From contig JBNZDD010013706.1 of NCBI GenBank assembly GCA_050575255.1, positions 2,906,620-2,970,619 on the forward strand: DNA of 64,000 nt, written 5' to 3'. Positions within the stretch are counted from its first letter, which is position 1. Each line of letters opens with the position of its first letter. Under the pieces are notes generated by a model. The model saw nothing but the letters and a program-made list of their open reading frames with translations. It made no database searches and had not been told where the DNA came from. A program made the position numbers and the translations under genes. Positions 1 through 12,246 of the stretch are shown in pieces. This stretch comes from Harriotta raleighana. Lineage: Eukaryota.

Positions 1-218
1 GGCCTTGGTGGAGTGTCAGGCTCTAGGATAAAACTATCCAAGAAGCTCTCCCCTTCCTTGATGCACCGTAGTGTCTCCACCTGATACTCCAGCTCAGCTA
101 TTCTAAGCTGGAGCTTCTTCAGGTGCAGACATTTGCTGCAGATGAAGTCACCTTGGCTCAGGTTGCCCTCCATCAACTCCCACATCCCGCATTCCTCGCA
201 CATCACCTGCCAGGCCAT
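1..218 (-). mobile_element. 5' part of a CR1-type LINE ORF1 (zinc finger plus leucine zipper); runs off the window start
   Basis: ATG at 218-216 opens MAWQVMCEECGMWELMEGNLSQGDFICSKCLHLKKLQLRIAELEYQVETLRCIKEGESFLDSF... with no stop. The CxxC...CxxC plus heptad-leucine pattern is typical of vertebrate CR1 ORF1. The ORF track misses it because the stop is outside the window. Confidence 0.75.
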
Positions 219-310
219 TATCTCTACTTATTTCCCTGGGATATAAAATCTGTACCTACTTCTCCCTCTGCACCTAATTCCCACTCTCACCAAATTCTCG
301 CTCTCGCTCG

Positions 311-481
311 AGTGAGGCTCTCGCAGGTATCCCCTATTTATACCCTTTGGATTTAACCAGTTGGTCAGCAGTTTTTAACAATTACACCTAATTGGCTACA
401 GCTGATGCCTACGGTTATATAACAAGACCAATCAAACAATCAATCAAACAAACAACTACCAATCACAAACAGTCCACCAAT
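311..481 (-). promoter_or_regulatory. Pol II promoter-like module upstream of the CR1 ORF1
   Basis: TATAAATA at 342-335, Inr-like CTCACT at 316-311 (~29 nt downstream), CCAAT/ATTGG boxes at 391, 428, 459 and 477. Confidence 0.5.
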
Positions 482-808
482 CTAACAATTTGGTCAGCAG
501 TTTTGGTAGTACAACCAAACGCAACACTTCAACGCACTTCCATTAATAAAAGCATTAGATCAGAGGGCTAGAGGACATCCTTTACCCAAACCAATCTTGA
601 GATTTTGATTCTTTTGTAATAATCCTTGAATTTGAGATTGTACTTTTCATGTCAGGAGCAAAGCACTTCACAGGATATATACTGTCAGGTTTAGTGACTG
701 TTTATCTAATAATAATACTTGCATTTGATATAGCACCTGATCACATCTTTCAGACACCTCAAAGTTTTTCACAGGACTGTGAAGTGTAGTGACATTGTGT
801 TTTGTTCC

Positions 809-1128
809 GGAGTCCTGTTACTCAGTGGTTAGAGCACTTGCCTTACAAGTGTGAAACCTGTGTTCGAATCCAGGCAGGTCAGGGAAAAACCTTGGGCAAG
901 TTTCTTTACTCCACATGCCTAATAATAATCCCTCCCAAAAAAAAAACACCATAATAAAATTGGCCATTTCAATCCATTACTGTTTGTGGGACACTGCTAT
1001 GCACAATTGGCTACCACATTTCGCCCACAAATATACAGTCAATTCACTTATCAAGTATATTCTGTAAAGCACTTTGAGATGTTTAAAGGATGTGATAAGG
1101 CACTATATCAAATGAAAGGATTATTATT
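809..1128 (+). mobile_element. tRNA-derived SINE, full length
   Basis: Box A (actcagtggttagagc), box B (gttcgaatcc), body tgtttgtgggacactgct, L2-like tail ending aaatgaaaggattattatt. Multiple copies occur in the window. Confidence 0.85.
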
Positions 1129-1424
1129 TTGTGGGCAAAAATGGCAGCCTGTTTGCAGTCAGCAATCCCCTTCAAATAACCAATTGAAATTTATGACCAA
1201 TTATGCAAGGGATTGTTGGCCAGAATACAGGGAGAAACTCCAGCACCATTCGATCTTTAACATCCACTCACAGAACAGGCAGATTGGATCTCAGTTTACT
1301 GTCTCACTTGAAACGTGCCACCTCTGGTAATGCACCACTCACTCCATCTGCTTAGAATATGAGCTCAAAATCCAATGTGGGGCATGAACGCACAATCCTC
1401 TGCCCCAGAGGCAAGAGAGATACT
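1129..1424 (-). mobile_element. Decayed Deu-domain SINE (SacSINE1/AmnSINE-like)
   Basis: Reverse complement contains gatgttaaagatc...gagtttctccctg...ctggccaacaatcc and a degenerate tRNA-like head. Confidence 0.6.
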
Positions 1425-1439
1425 AGACATTCAAATTTT

Positions 1440-1580
1440 CAAGGCAGGGGTGGGTAGATTTTTGTCAGGTAAGGGTATCAAGGGAAGTTGGAGTCGAGGT
1501 ATAGATCAGCCATGATCTGATAGAATGGTGGAACAGGCTTGAGGGGCTGAATGGCATATTGCTGTTCTATGCCTATGATT
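1440..1580 (+). mobile_element. CR1 (shark HER1-like) 3' end
   Basis: gatcagccatgatct...gaatggtggaacaggcttgaggggctgaatggc tail. Confidence 0.65.
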
Positions 1581-2324
1581 GAGCCAGATTGATGCTCACT
1601 CACTGCAGGAAATACCTTCAACCATATCAACATTTGTGTAAAGATACCATCTGCATTCCAACAGACAGACAGAAGCAAAGCCATGTGACTCCCAGTAATG
1701 GGGAGTAACAAAATGTTCTTGGAACTTATAATGATCTCTTTTAAACAATGTCAAACTCAGCACACCTACTGTGCACACAATGCACAATAAAGGACACCAC
1801 AAAGTCCAGTTCATTCATCTTTTTAGACAGTCTTATTCAACTGAGTCATCACTGTTTCCTGTTGCCTATCCTATACTCCGTCAATCATAAACCGCCTGTG
1901 CCTATGATGATATTATCTGGGGGATTGTTGGCCATCTGGAGAAACTCCCTTCTTTTTCTTATCATAGAGCCAAGGGGTCTCTAACCACCTCAACAGACAG
2001 GCGAGACGTTGATTTAACATTTAAGGGTGGCACCTCCTACAATAAATTGGTACCCCAGTCTTGCTCTGGAGTCAGCCTACACTCTGCTCTTCAGAAGATT
2101 TCATTTTCTCCTCCTTCTTCAAATCTCTCGTTCCACTACAACAAAGTCGGGAAGTTATTCGACAGGTTTTAAGGGGGTGGGCAGCCTTTACCTGTGTCAA
2201 TTGCTCTGAAACACCTGCCTGATGTGAAAGCCGACCTATAAATGTGAATTCTATATTGAGCCTAGCCCTCAGCCTAAGAATGGAAACTCCAGCTCCCTAG
2301 ACATGAAACAACATCAATGGCCAA

Positions 2325-2900
2325 AAGCTGCTGAAATCCTGGTCCATGCCTTTGTAATCTCTTGGCTGACTACTCCAACACTTGCCTTATGGATCTCCCC
2401 TCCTCCACTTCACAAAATTCAGCTCATCCAAAACTCTGCCGCCCGCAATCTCACCCGCATCCAAACTTTGTACCCCAATTACCTAGTCCTACACTGGCTC
2501 CCTGTCACAGAGTGGATTGAATTCAAGATCCTCACTCTTGTGTTTTAACTCCCCACACTCCTCTGCACCCCCCAACCTCTCTAACCTCCTCTCTCCTCAC
2601 AGCAGTACCCGTTGTCTCCGCTCTACTGGGTCCCAGCCTCCTCCTTGTCCCCCGAAAACTCCGCTCCACCATCGGCGGCCAAGCTATCAGCCACTGCATC
2701 GTAAAACTTTGGAACTCCCTCCCTCAATCCCTTCACCTCACCCACTCTTTTCCCATCTTCAGGTCGCTCCTGAAGAACTTTCTCTTCGACCGCGATTATG
2801 GTCACCTTCCCCCACCCCGTGGCTCCTCCTCATGCTCCGCCAACCCTCTGAGATGCCACCCAGCGTGAGGGCACTATATAAATGCATGTTGTGGTTGTCG
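2325..2900 (+). mobile_element. L2-clade LINE 3' fragment
   Basis: Decayed ORF2 C-terminus (LVHAFVIS..., LQLIQNSAAR-like, LHWLPV..IEFKIL) and tail gggcactatataaatgcatgttgtggttg. Confidence 0.85.
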
Positions 2901-5407
2901 CTGGCCATATGCATTGCTTAACTTCCAGTGAAGGGAGTCTGGGTTTACACGTTTCCCGGAATAGAGAAAATAAGCATTTTCTTTCGTACAAAAAAACTAG
3001 AATCTTAAACAAAAATGACAATTACATAAAGGTAAACAATACATTAGAAAAACATGGGTTTACACATTTCTTTTATTATTGAAAAGAGTAACTACATCAT
3101 GGTTTTACAGTATATAAGCAGGCCCTTACTCTCTGTTACATTTCATGAAATCAAAACTATAACTTAACCCCGATATTACTTAAGAACCCCAGAACCATTA
3201 ATACATTAGTAATATATTAATTTACCACTGTGAACAACATTTACTAAGTATAAAGCTAATACATTCTCTGTTTAATCCATTATCAATGCATTCCACTAAA
3301 ATTATACATCTTCTGTTCTATTTACAGATACTGCGATTGACAGTGTCATGAAGGCAATTGATTGCATTATATCTTCCTCCTTATGTACAAAAATTGGTCA
3401 ACTCTGCCTCGCTCGGCCATTTCAATGGGTTATTCTGTATCTCAGCCACTGAAGGCTGCAAATGCTACACAAATGGTAATGGTTCACTCCCAGTTTGCTT
3501 TTCTTTGTTCCCCAAACGGCACAGGTTAAAGCAAATTCATCTCCAGTAAACAGCAGTTAGAGAAACACAAAATGGGTTGATTATAAACTGGCTGCAGAGA
3601 ACTTGCACCGGGGTTGCACTAATCCAAACCATTTGTGTTTGAAGCCAGGAGCACTTTCATTTACACTTTTCTTTGAAAAAAGCAATGGCTCTGCATGGTA
3701 TTCTAAGACAGATTTTGATTTATTTTCTGCCTGTGCTGTTTCTGTCTGGCCCAAGACAGGCAATCAACATCCAGCTAGTGCTGATGAGGTGCCTTGGGTG
3801 AGTAGTCTTTTCTCCAGACTGAAGAGCCATATCTTGTCCTCTTCCCCCCCTCTCTCCCCCTTTGGGGCATGTTCCCTATAAACATTTGAGATCAAGAGCT
3901 TTAGGGGCTTGAGGACAAAACGTATTTACTTTTAACAAATGAGACGCAAACAGTGGAATCATGCCAAGCGAGTGATTTTGGTCTCGAAAACCGATCACCT
4001 TCCTTCTAGTGCAAAGTGCTCGTTTTATTTCATGACAGGGTTTCCTAAAAAGGTTAAAATCTAAGTGTTCTATGTGGAATATTCTCAGTCACACCAATGA
4101 GGCACCAGGCTGTATAATGATCCACCAAGATCCACAATAGGATAAAACAAATGATGTGAATTAAGCAAGATATAAGTTACTGGAAATAAGACACCAAAAC
4201 CTTTTGGATTTGTAGTCTCATTGTTTAGAAGATTTGTAGTTAAATGAGGCGAGCTTGTGTCACAATCCAACCACATTCCACACTCGTGACTCCATAAATA
4301 TTCAGACAAATCATCTTGGTGAGGTCTGTCACCAATGACCTAGATACTCAAAGTCCAAGGGAATGTTCCTGAGGGCTTGCTTTATCCAATGGCCGATTCT
4401 GCTTGCATTAACCAAATTATCTGACAATGCCTATCAGCTCAGTCAAGACTGATCAGCAAACACATCCTGGTCAAATTCCAAATGTTTTCCACAGTCCATT
4501 TCCTTTTTTGGTGGGGTGGAATGGGGGGGGGATTATTATTAACGATTGTATTATTCTAAATTATTGTTAAAATTGCAATTCTTAAACACGCAATCAGTTC
4601 ATGAAACATCCTTCACCTCAATAGCTAGACTTTGCTTTGTCTTGCTCTTGTCGGATTGAGATGCAGTTTGTTGGCTCGCACGTGTGTGTACGGGAAAAAA
4701 AAACTTTCACAGTAAATTCACATCCTTCACAAGACACATACATGCATTTAATTAAAATAAATGCTTCTCAACATTACTGTAGTTAGTTACATTTCCTTCT
4801 GGCTAATTACCATATGGTATTATAATAATCCTTGCATTTGATAATTGCGCCTTATCATGTTGGGATGTCTCATTATAGTTAAGAAACAGCCTGAGGCTGT
4901 CATGGTAGACAGTAGGATTGTGATTCTGGAAGGATGACATCAAGTAACTGAGGAGTTTCTTCGACCAAATTGATCTTATGTGATTTTATGAATAAATCCT
5001 GAACAAATTGATCTTATGTGATTACAGCAGAACATAAATCAAAAGAAAACCTTCACATATAAATGGTAGTAAGACTTTAACAGCTGCCATACAATGTTGA
5101 TAATGTGTGAGTTCCCGTACCCCCTGATCTACCTTCACACTATTCCTAGTCTGATATCCCTTGAGGAGATTCATCTTATTCTTTTCAATACAAGTACATT
5201 TTTGAAAAGAGGTTCCATGGGGATATAGGGACTGCTACATCTCAACAATAATTAGTACTTATTCTGAGCTGGACAGAGTTTTTAATACAATGATTCAACC
5301 TGTAACCCCATCATAGTGAAAAGTGAAAGTGGAAAAGGATTCCAGTGAATGAATGCCAGACTCAGCTACTTGAAACTGCAACTGTCTGGCTCCAGGTGAT
5401 AGATGGT

Positions 5408-5740
5408 ACAACAACCAACAAATTAAATGTGTACAGCGCCATTCACCTCAGGAGGATGTCACTAGGCACTTGATAGTCAGGGATTCACCTCCGAGTTGGT
5501 GGTTGGGAGGTAGAGTATAGGGGCAGGAGGGTAATCAAAGATTGGTCAAAGAGGAGTTTCTGGAGAAGAGTTATGAAGGAGGCAAAGGCACTGTGGGATG
5601 GACAGAGGGACTGTGGGATGGAGTTCCAGATAGTGGGGCCATGAAGACTAAAGGTGCTGGACAGTCAAGGATTTGGACCCAAACTAGGGGATTGGGATCA
5701 GGGGAGGTGGAGGGCAGAGATGGCGGGGGTTGGAGGGTGA
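5408..5740 (-). mobile_element. L2-clade LINE 3' fragment
   Basis: (CAA)n tail followed by aattaaatgtgtacagcgccattcac...ggaggatgtc and the gggatggagttccaga motif shared with other copies. Confidence 0.7.
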
Positions 5741-7024
5741 AGATATTTTTGATCTACTTTCTGTTCTATTTTGCAAATTCTCTGCCTCCCTAGCGCTCTC
5801 TCTCTCTCTCTCTCTCCTCCGAGGCCATTGGCTCCGTGAGTTACCCTTCACTACCTCAATCAAACACACAGTCAGTTTTGTGAGAGCTGGGACAGTGAAG
5901 AGTGTTTGACATAACCCTGAAGTTGTGTGAAGGTTTTGAGGGACAGATTATCGGTGTAGTGTTGAGCACCTTATTTCTTGTGGAATCCTAACATTGCGTA
6001 CATCTACCACTCTCTCTGCACGGGGGACACTGGACAGTGATCAAAGGCTTAAGTTAACACTAACATCAGCGATCCCAGCACCAAGCAGGAATTGAACCTG
6101 TAACCTTTTCTAATAATGCTAGTTTTACATTTCAATAAAAATAATGCTAGTTTTACAATTGTAATCTTTTCATTTGTTACAGCACTTTTCAACGTCAGGA
6201 GGACGCCTCAAAGCAGTTTACTGTGGGTCAATGTTATGGCAAAATTGGCTGCCGGGTTCACTTACAAAATACAGTCACTACATCTTATGATTAATTTTGA
6301 AGTGCTTTGAGGTGTCCTCCGAGGTGAAAGGTACTATTTTAAAAGTGAAAGAAAATGTTGTAACTCAATCCATGACTGTTGGGTGTTAATCTGCTTTTCA
6401 AAATGTACTGCAAAGCGCCATAAGAGGTCTCAACAAAGATGCTATATAAAATGCAAGGATTATTATTATTATTATTATAACATATGATATTTTTCCCCCG
6501 CTTATTACGAACCAATTCAACTGGGAGTTCACTGTTATCCCCGGGCGGAGTGTTTTGCAAGTAGAATTTTATATCAACAAGTTGTATTTATGTAATGCCT
6601 TTCACATTAAAAGCACGTGTTCTGGTGTGATCTGCATTGTCTGTTTGACTTGTCCTCATCAATTCGCAGATACGTGAGGGTGAACTCCCGCTAGTTTCTC
6701 CCAGCATGATCTTGGCTTCACCTTCACCTTCCAGCAGTGTTGCGCTAGGCGACTGCCGGTGATTCACACTGATCTCACACTGATCTCACAGAATGCAGTG
6801 TAGGCTCATGCTGACGCTGTGTTGCGAGTCTGCCTGAAACTCTGAACATGGCAAAGAGAATAAGATAAGATACAGCAGGCCTGTTCAGGGAATATAACCC
6901 TCACCCCTCTTTAGCTAAAACAAAATGCTGATTGATCCAGGTGTCAATATTGATGCAGATTTACCGCAGTGCGGTATCTTTTTAACAGATGAAAGCTTTG
7001 AAGAACCCCCAGAGACAGAGATGG

Positions 7025-7030
7025 TTTATT
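7025..7030 (-). promoter_or_regulatory. Candidate proximal polyadenylation signal (AATAAA) of PITPNC1
   Basis: tttatt on the + strand, ~80 nt downstream of the stop codon, followed by a U/G-rich stretch on the minus strand. Confidence 0.4.
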
Positions 7031-7107
7031 TCAGTGAAGCCTCGTGGGATAAACGCAGCTGCTGAAACTTGGAGGAACCAGGGGCGATTCCTGATGTTCC
7101 CCCGAAA

Positions 7108-7373
7108 TTACTCCAAGGCTGCCCGCTCTCTCAGCTCGGGGAGGGTCAACATCTCTGGGGCCGACTTCTTCCTCGGTCTGTCTTTGGGCACGCTGAGGAA
7201 ATCGGGGGCATCGCCACTGAGTGGCGTGGACGGAGCGCTGGAGGGGGCGCTGCGGGTGGCGGGCGGTTGTGCGGCATCAGAGAACGAGATGGTGGGGGCC
7301 ATGATCCCAATCTTCTCGTTTGTGGCTTCCTGAGTTTGCTTCTCATATTCTCGGACTTCATCCATCGTCATGT
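7108..7373 (-). CDS. PITPNC1: PITPNC1 last coding exon (long, sp1-like isoform)
   Basis: Long pyrimidine tract then tttgcag|AC ATG. Translates DMTMDEVREYEKQTQEATNEKIG...RSAPSSAPSTPLSGDAPDFLSVPKDRPRKKSAPEMLTLPELRERAALE*. Confidence 0.95.
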
Positions 7374-7559
7374 CTGCAAAGACAAAGAGGAGGGTGGGGT
7401 GTGGTGGGAGTGGGGGGGGAGGAGTGAAAGCGTAAAAGAGGTGAGCTGATAATAATAATAATAATCCTTTCATTTGATATAGTGGCTTATCACTTATTCG
7501 AGACGTCTCAAAGCGCTTCTCAGAATATACTGTAACGTTTAGTGACCACGGCACAAACT

Positions 7560-8375
7560 TTTACGGCACAAAAGGAGGTCATTCGAGTCTGTGTCGGCTC
7601 TTAGAAAAGAGCAATTCAATCCCATTCCCCAGCTCTTTTCCCATAACCACGCAAACCCGTCCTCCCAATAACCAGCCACCTCTCTTTTAAAAGTTGTTAA
7701 CAAATCGGCCGCCACCACCCTTTCAGGCAATGCATTCCAAATTCAAACAACTCGCTGCGTGAAAAAATTTCTCATCTCGCCTCTGCTTCTTTTAGAAACT
7801 ATTTTAATTCTATGACCTCGGGTCACTGACACACAAACCAGTGGAAACAGTTTTTCCCTGTTTACCCTANTCTCCTCATCTCGCCTCTGCTTCTTTTAGA
7901 AACTATTTTAATTCTATGACCTTGGGTCACTGACACACAAACCAGTGGAAACAGTTTTTCCCTGTTTACCCTATCGAATCCCCTCATGATCTTGAAAACC
8001 TCTTTTAGGTCTCCTCATAACCTTCTCTGTTCCAATGAGAATAATCCTAGCCTCCCCAGCCTTTCCTCATAACTGAAGTCCCTCATTCCTGGTACCATCC
8101 TGGTAAATCTCCTCTGCACCCTTTCTAATGCCTTAACATCCTTCCTAAAGTGTGGTGCCCAGAACTGAACACAGACTCTAGCTGAGGCCTAACCAGCGTT
8201 ATATACAGGTTAATAACTTCCTGACTTTTGTACTCAAAGATTCAAAGATTCACTTACACAAACTCCCAGGACTCTCTGTTTCTTCAGACCCCTTAAGATT
8301 GTACTATCTGGCCTATATTGCCTCTCCTCACTCCTCCTCCCAAAATGTATCACCTCACATTACTCCACATTAAAG
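7560..8375 (-). mobile_element. CR1 LINE ORF2 3' fragment (contains an assembly N and duplication)
   Basis: Minus strand encodes [37 protein letters not shown], a CR1 ORF2 C-terminal signature, followed by the 3' UTR. Confidence 0.85.
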
Positions 8376-9021
8376 TGGGCGAAACTTGACAGCCAATTGA
8401 GTACAGCAGATTCGTTGAGTTTCCTGGAGACTTCAGTGCCCCCTCTTTGCAGTTCGAGACGCATAAAGTTCGCCTGCATGAATAGATGCAAACATCCAAA
8501 TTGTTCCTGACTTTTTTTGTTACATTTCGCAACAACTTTTGCAATAAGACGTGTTGACCCTGAAATCTTTCTGTTGTAGACCAGTACCTGAGCAATACCG
8601 TGTGACTGGGATTACACAGGGAAGCAACGAATCAGAGAGGATGTTTGAAGGATCAGGACACAGACTGAGGGATGAGAGACGGTCACCCTTGGTTTCTAGG
8701 TGCCGAATACACAAAGTAGGACAGCGTTGTTTCTGTGATCAAACAGCACTGTACGTCTCAATGAGAGCCAGCAAGTCATTGTTTGGACTAAAACAATATT
8801 TGAGATTGTAGTAATGGATACAGATAACCTGGGTCCACTTCTATTGTCAGCCCAAACTGTTCTGCCGGTAACATTGAACTGCGCAAGAGAGTACAACAGC
8901 AGGTGATGCTTCAGTGTCTCCAACACACTGCAGAAGGGGTTAATTTACGCTTCAACACCCATTTGAAGATGGCATTTATTTGGCTACTGTACAGCGCAGA
9001 ACAGCCTACTCCCCAACTCAC

Positions 9022-9370
9022 CATAAGAACATAACATAAGAACAAAAGAAATACGAGATGAAAAAAGACCAAGGTCCTAATCTAGTTCACCTTCCATTCT
9101 TTCTGGCGGTCGCCTGCACATATGTCCCAAACTGTGTACTGTACTATATGCCATCACATTATTTCCTAAAAGAAAAACTATTTAATCTATGTTTGAAAGA
9201 ATGAAAACTTGCTGCTTCAACCGTTTGCCTGGGGAGCCTATTCCACTGGTTCACTATTCGCTCACTGAAATAGTGATTGCATAGATTCGTTCTGAATTTA
9301 CCCCACTTCAATCGCAGATCATGTCCTCTGGTTCTACTATACTGGACGAGTTGAAACTTAGTCAATTGGT
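9022..9370 (-). mobile_element. CR1 LINE 3' fragment, second family
   Basis: RTRGHDLRL...FSERIVNQWNRLP..VEA motif and (cataagaa)n tail. A related tail lies on + at ~50870-51025. Confidence 0.8.
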
Positions 9371-10664
9371 TTACTTAGAAACCCAGTTGGAAGCTTGGTT
9401 TGTTAGGTTGGGCAATGGCCACCGCTGGGATTCTACCCTGTGTGAAGGTCGTTATATAAATGTAAGTTGTTGTTGTTGTTGTAATCAGTATTTTTTGGTT
9501 GTGTCGTGTGCTCTCAGAACACTGCCTGAGTGAGGATGACCCGAGTAAGTCTGCTCTAGAAGTTGTGGTCTGTGCAGCTCCCTGTGTTATCAGGTGATTC
9601 GGGATTTCCAAGTAAATGATGGTACAGTAATACTGTACATTAGCAGCCAGAGACTCTCATGCGCAACTGCACGGAATAGCCAGCAGGGGGTGCCCAAAGC
9701 CTGTGTGTTACAGCCAATGTTGGCAGAGTTCTGTATGTAGTAAGGTTCCGCACTCTGTGGGATCATTTCTACTGTCGCCCCAAACTGCTGGGCCCACTGC
9801 TATCTTGAGCCGTAAAATGAAAATAATAGGTTTCACTCCGGGCAGCGATGAAGTCATCGCACTTGAACTAGACAGAATGACACACTACTGGCTTTTCTGC
9901 GTTTCAGGACTAAAGCTCATTACTGTACTCGAATAACACTGAACACTACAGTTGGGCTGTGCCTTATTGCATTCAATGCCCGACAATGAGCTTTTGTTGA
10001 GACAATATCGCACCTTTGTCACTGCGGCAGTAATTTCAAACCTTTCAGGCAACCTTTGAAACGTTATGAGACGTCTTGAAGAGGTGATAAGACGCTTATA
10101 TATTATTATTTTTTTGCAGGCAGAGTGCGATTCCAGGAGAATCTGTGACAAGAGTTTCAGCCCCAAGAACTTAACTTCAAAGAAAATTATTCCGCGTTTC
10201 TGAATAAATGCATGACAGCCATCCACGTCAGGATTAATTGTCATGGAAAAGGACGCAACAGGGAGTAGAGTTTATAATAGTTTATTGTCTGACATCACAC
10301 ATCTGCTAAGTGAGAGAGGTATTTTTGATGCAATGCTCCTGAGCGAGCGCTGTGTGTTTTGTTTAAGCAGCATGGACTCTGTGTGTGTGTGTGGGCATGA
10401 ATTCATAATTGAGTCCACGTTGCTTGCGAACACTCTCAGGGGTGGACATCAGCAAGTTAATCAACTCCAAAATAAATGGACAGTGTCACAGGTCAGGTAA
10501 GCAACGAGCGCTTTGCTCCCTATGAAGTCAAAACTACTGCTTAATGAACCGCTGGGCTCATTGGTTAAAACTCAACACAAGCTGGCCAATATACATCTTG
10601 TAAGAATAATAATTCTTGCATTGGACACAGCGACTATATCATCAAAATATCTCAAACAACACCA

Positions 10665-11225
10665 TCAAAATTATATTTGAATAGCGGCTTTCACAGTGTG
10701 AGGATATCCCAAGGTGTTGGCCAGTGTTTTGCTGGGGGTTGGGATCGGGGAGGGTGGAGGAGGGGTGGGATTAGGGTAATCAAAGGCACGGTCGAATAGG
10801 AGGGTGTTGAGATGAGTATTGAAGGAGATAAGGGAGGGGATGAGGCAGAGTAATTGTGAGATGGAGTTCCAGAGGGTGGGGGCAGAGTAGCTGAAGGCCA
10901 GATCACCAATGGTAGGGCAGGCGATGCAGAAGATGGGAAATAGGCTGGAGTCCGCTGAGCGGAGCGAGTGGGCAGGTTGGTAGGGGATTGCAGATCTAGA
11001 GGGGATCAAGGCTGTGAAGAGCTTTGAAGGTGAGCACCAGGATCCTGAATTGTACACTCTGTGTAATGGGAAGCCAGTGGAGTTGGACGAGGATGGGGCT
11101 GATAGTGCCTAGTGCGGGCGAGGGCACAGGCTGAAGAGTTCTGGATGATCTGCAGCCAGTGAAGGGAGGAATGGGTATGCCGACAAGCAAGGAGTTTGCA
11201 GAGTCAAGCTTGGATGTTAAGAAAC
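10665..11225 (-). mobile_element. L2-clade LINE 3' fragment
   Basis: SKLDSANSLL, LHWLPITQSVQFRILVLTFKALH and AFSYSAPTLWNS motifs. Confidence 0.85.
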
Positions 11226-11351
11226 AGCACATTTAAGAAACAGATTGTTGCTGTGGTAGAAGGACTGTTCTGTGAGGAGATCAGAGGGGCTGAAAGGCTT
11301 TCTACATCAAACTTCTCTTGTGTGATCCTGTGATAGCATCACAAAAGCATT

Positions 11352-11654
11352 AATAATAATATTAATCCTTGCATTTATTATAGCATTTTTCACGTCTTCT
11401 AGACGTCTCAAAGCGCTTCATAGAATATATTGTAAAATGAATTGACTGTATATGTTTGTTGGAGAAACCAGCAGCCAATTGCACACAGCATTATCCCACA
11501 AACAGCTGAGGATTGAGCGGCCAAATTTTTTTTTGGAGGGATCCATTAGACGTGTGGAGTAAGGAAACTTGCCCAAGATTTTGCCCTGCCTGGAATCAAA
11601 CCCAGGTCTCTCACATGCAAGGCGAGTGCTCTATCCATTGAACTACGGGACTCC
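11352..11654 (-). mobile_element. tRNA-derived SINE, full length
   Basis: Reverse complement of the 809-1128 family, from (aat)n ccttgcattt through to ctacgggactcc. Confidence 0.85.
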
Positions 11655-12246
11655 ACAAAAAATCTCCTCTCTTATTGTTGGTTTCAAGCACACAGAGAAC
11701 ATTATTGGCCTCTGCGATTACATCTCAAATGGCTCATTTATACCACCCTGCAAGAGTTACCCTCTCCGACACACAGAGCACCCCAACAACAGTGCCCCCT
11801 TCCACCGTGTCCCCTCAACCCACCCGCCCCCACCCTCACCAAAAGCATTGCACCTCCAACNATGCAAGGCGAGTGCTCTATCCATTGAACTACGGGACTC
11901 CACAAAAAATCTCCTCTCTTATTGTTGGTTTCAAGCACACAGAGAACATTATTGGCCTCTGCGATTACATCTCAAATGGCTCATTTATACCACCCTGCAA
12001 GAGTTACCCTCTCCGACACACAGAGCACCCCAACAACAGTGCCCCCTTCCACCGTGTCCCCTCAACCCACCCGCCCCCACCCTCACCAAAAGCATTGCAC
12101 CTCCAACCACTTCAAATCCAAGAACTCTCAAACAGTCTCTGCATGAACGAGGAAATAATCTGAAAAGAGTATCCCAAATGAAATCACACAATGTACAAGA
12201 ATGTTTTTTAAAAATTGTTAAAAACATACATTTATCCAACAGAAAC

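Noticed and set aside
809-890. tRNA gene-like sequences (also ~11580-11654, 29452-29530, 39580-39660, 41455-41525, 44610-44688, 61580-61662)
   Set aside because: Box A and B are present, but the acceptor stems and anticodon loops vary and each runs into SINE sequence. They are SINE heads, not tRNA genes.
7387-7422. G-quadruplex-like G-rich run
   Set aside because: It is explained as the complement of the C-rich pyrimidine tract at the last-exon acceptor. Similar G-runs elsewhere are L2 3' UTRs.
6989-7449. Plus-strand ORFs of 114 and 126 aa
   Set aside because: They are antisense shadows of the GC-rich PITPNC1 last exon.
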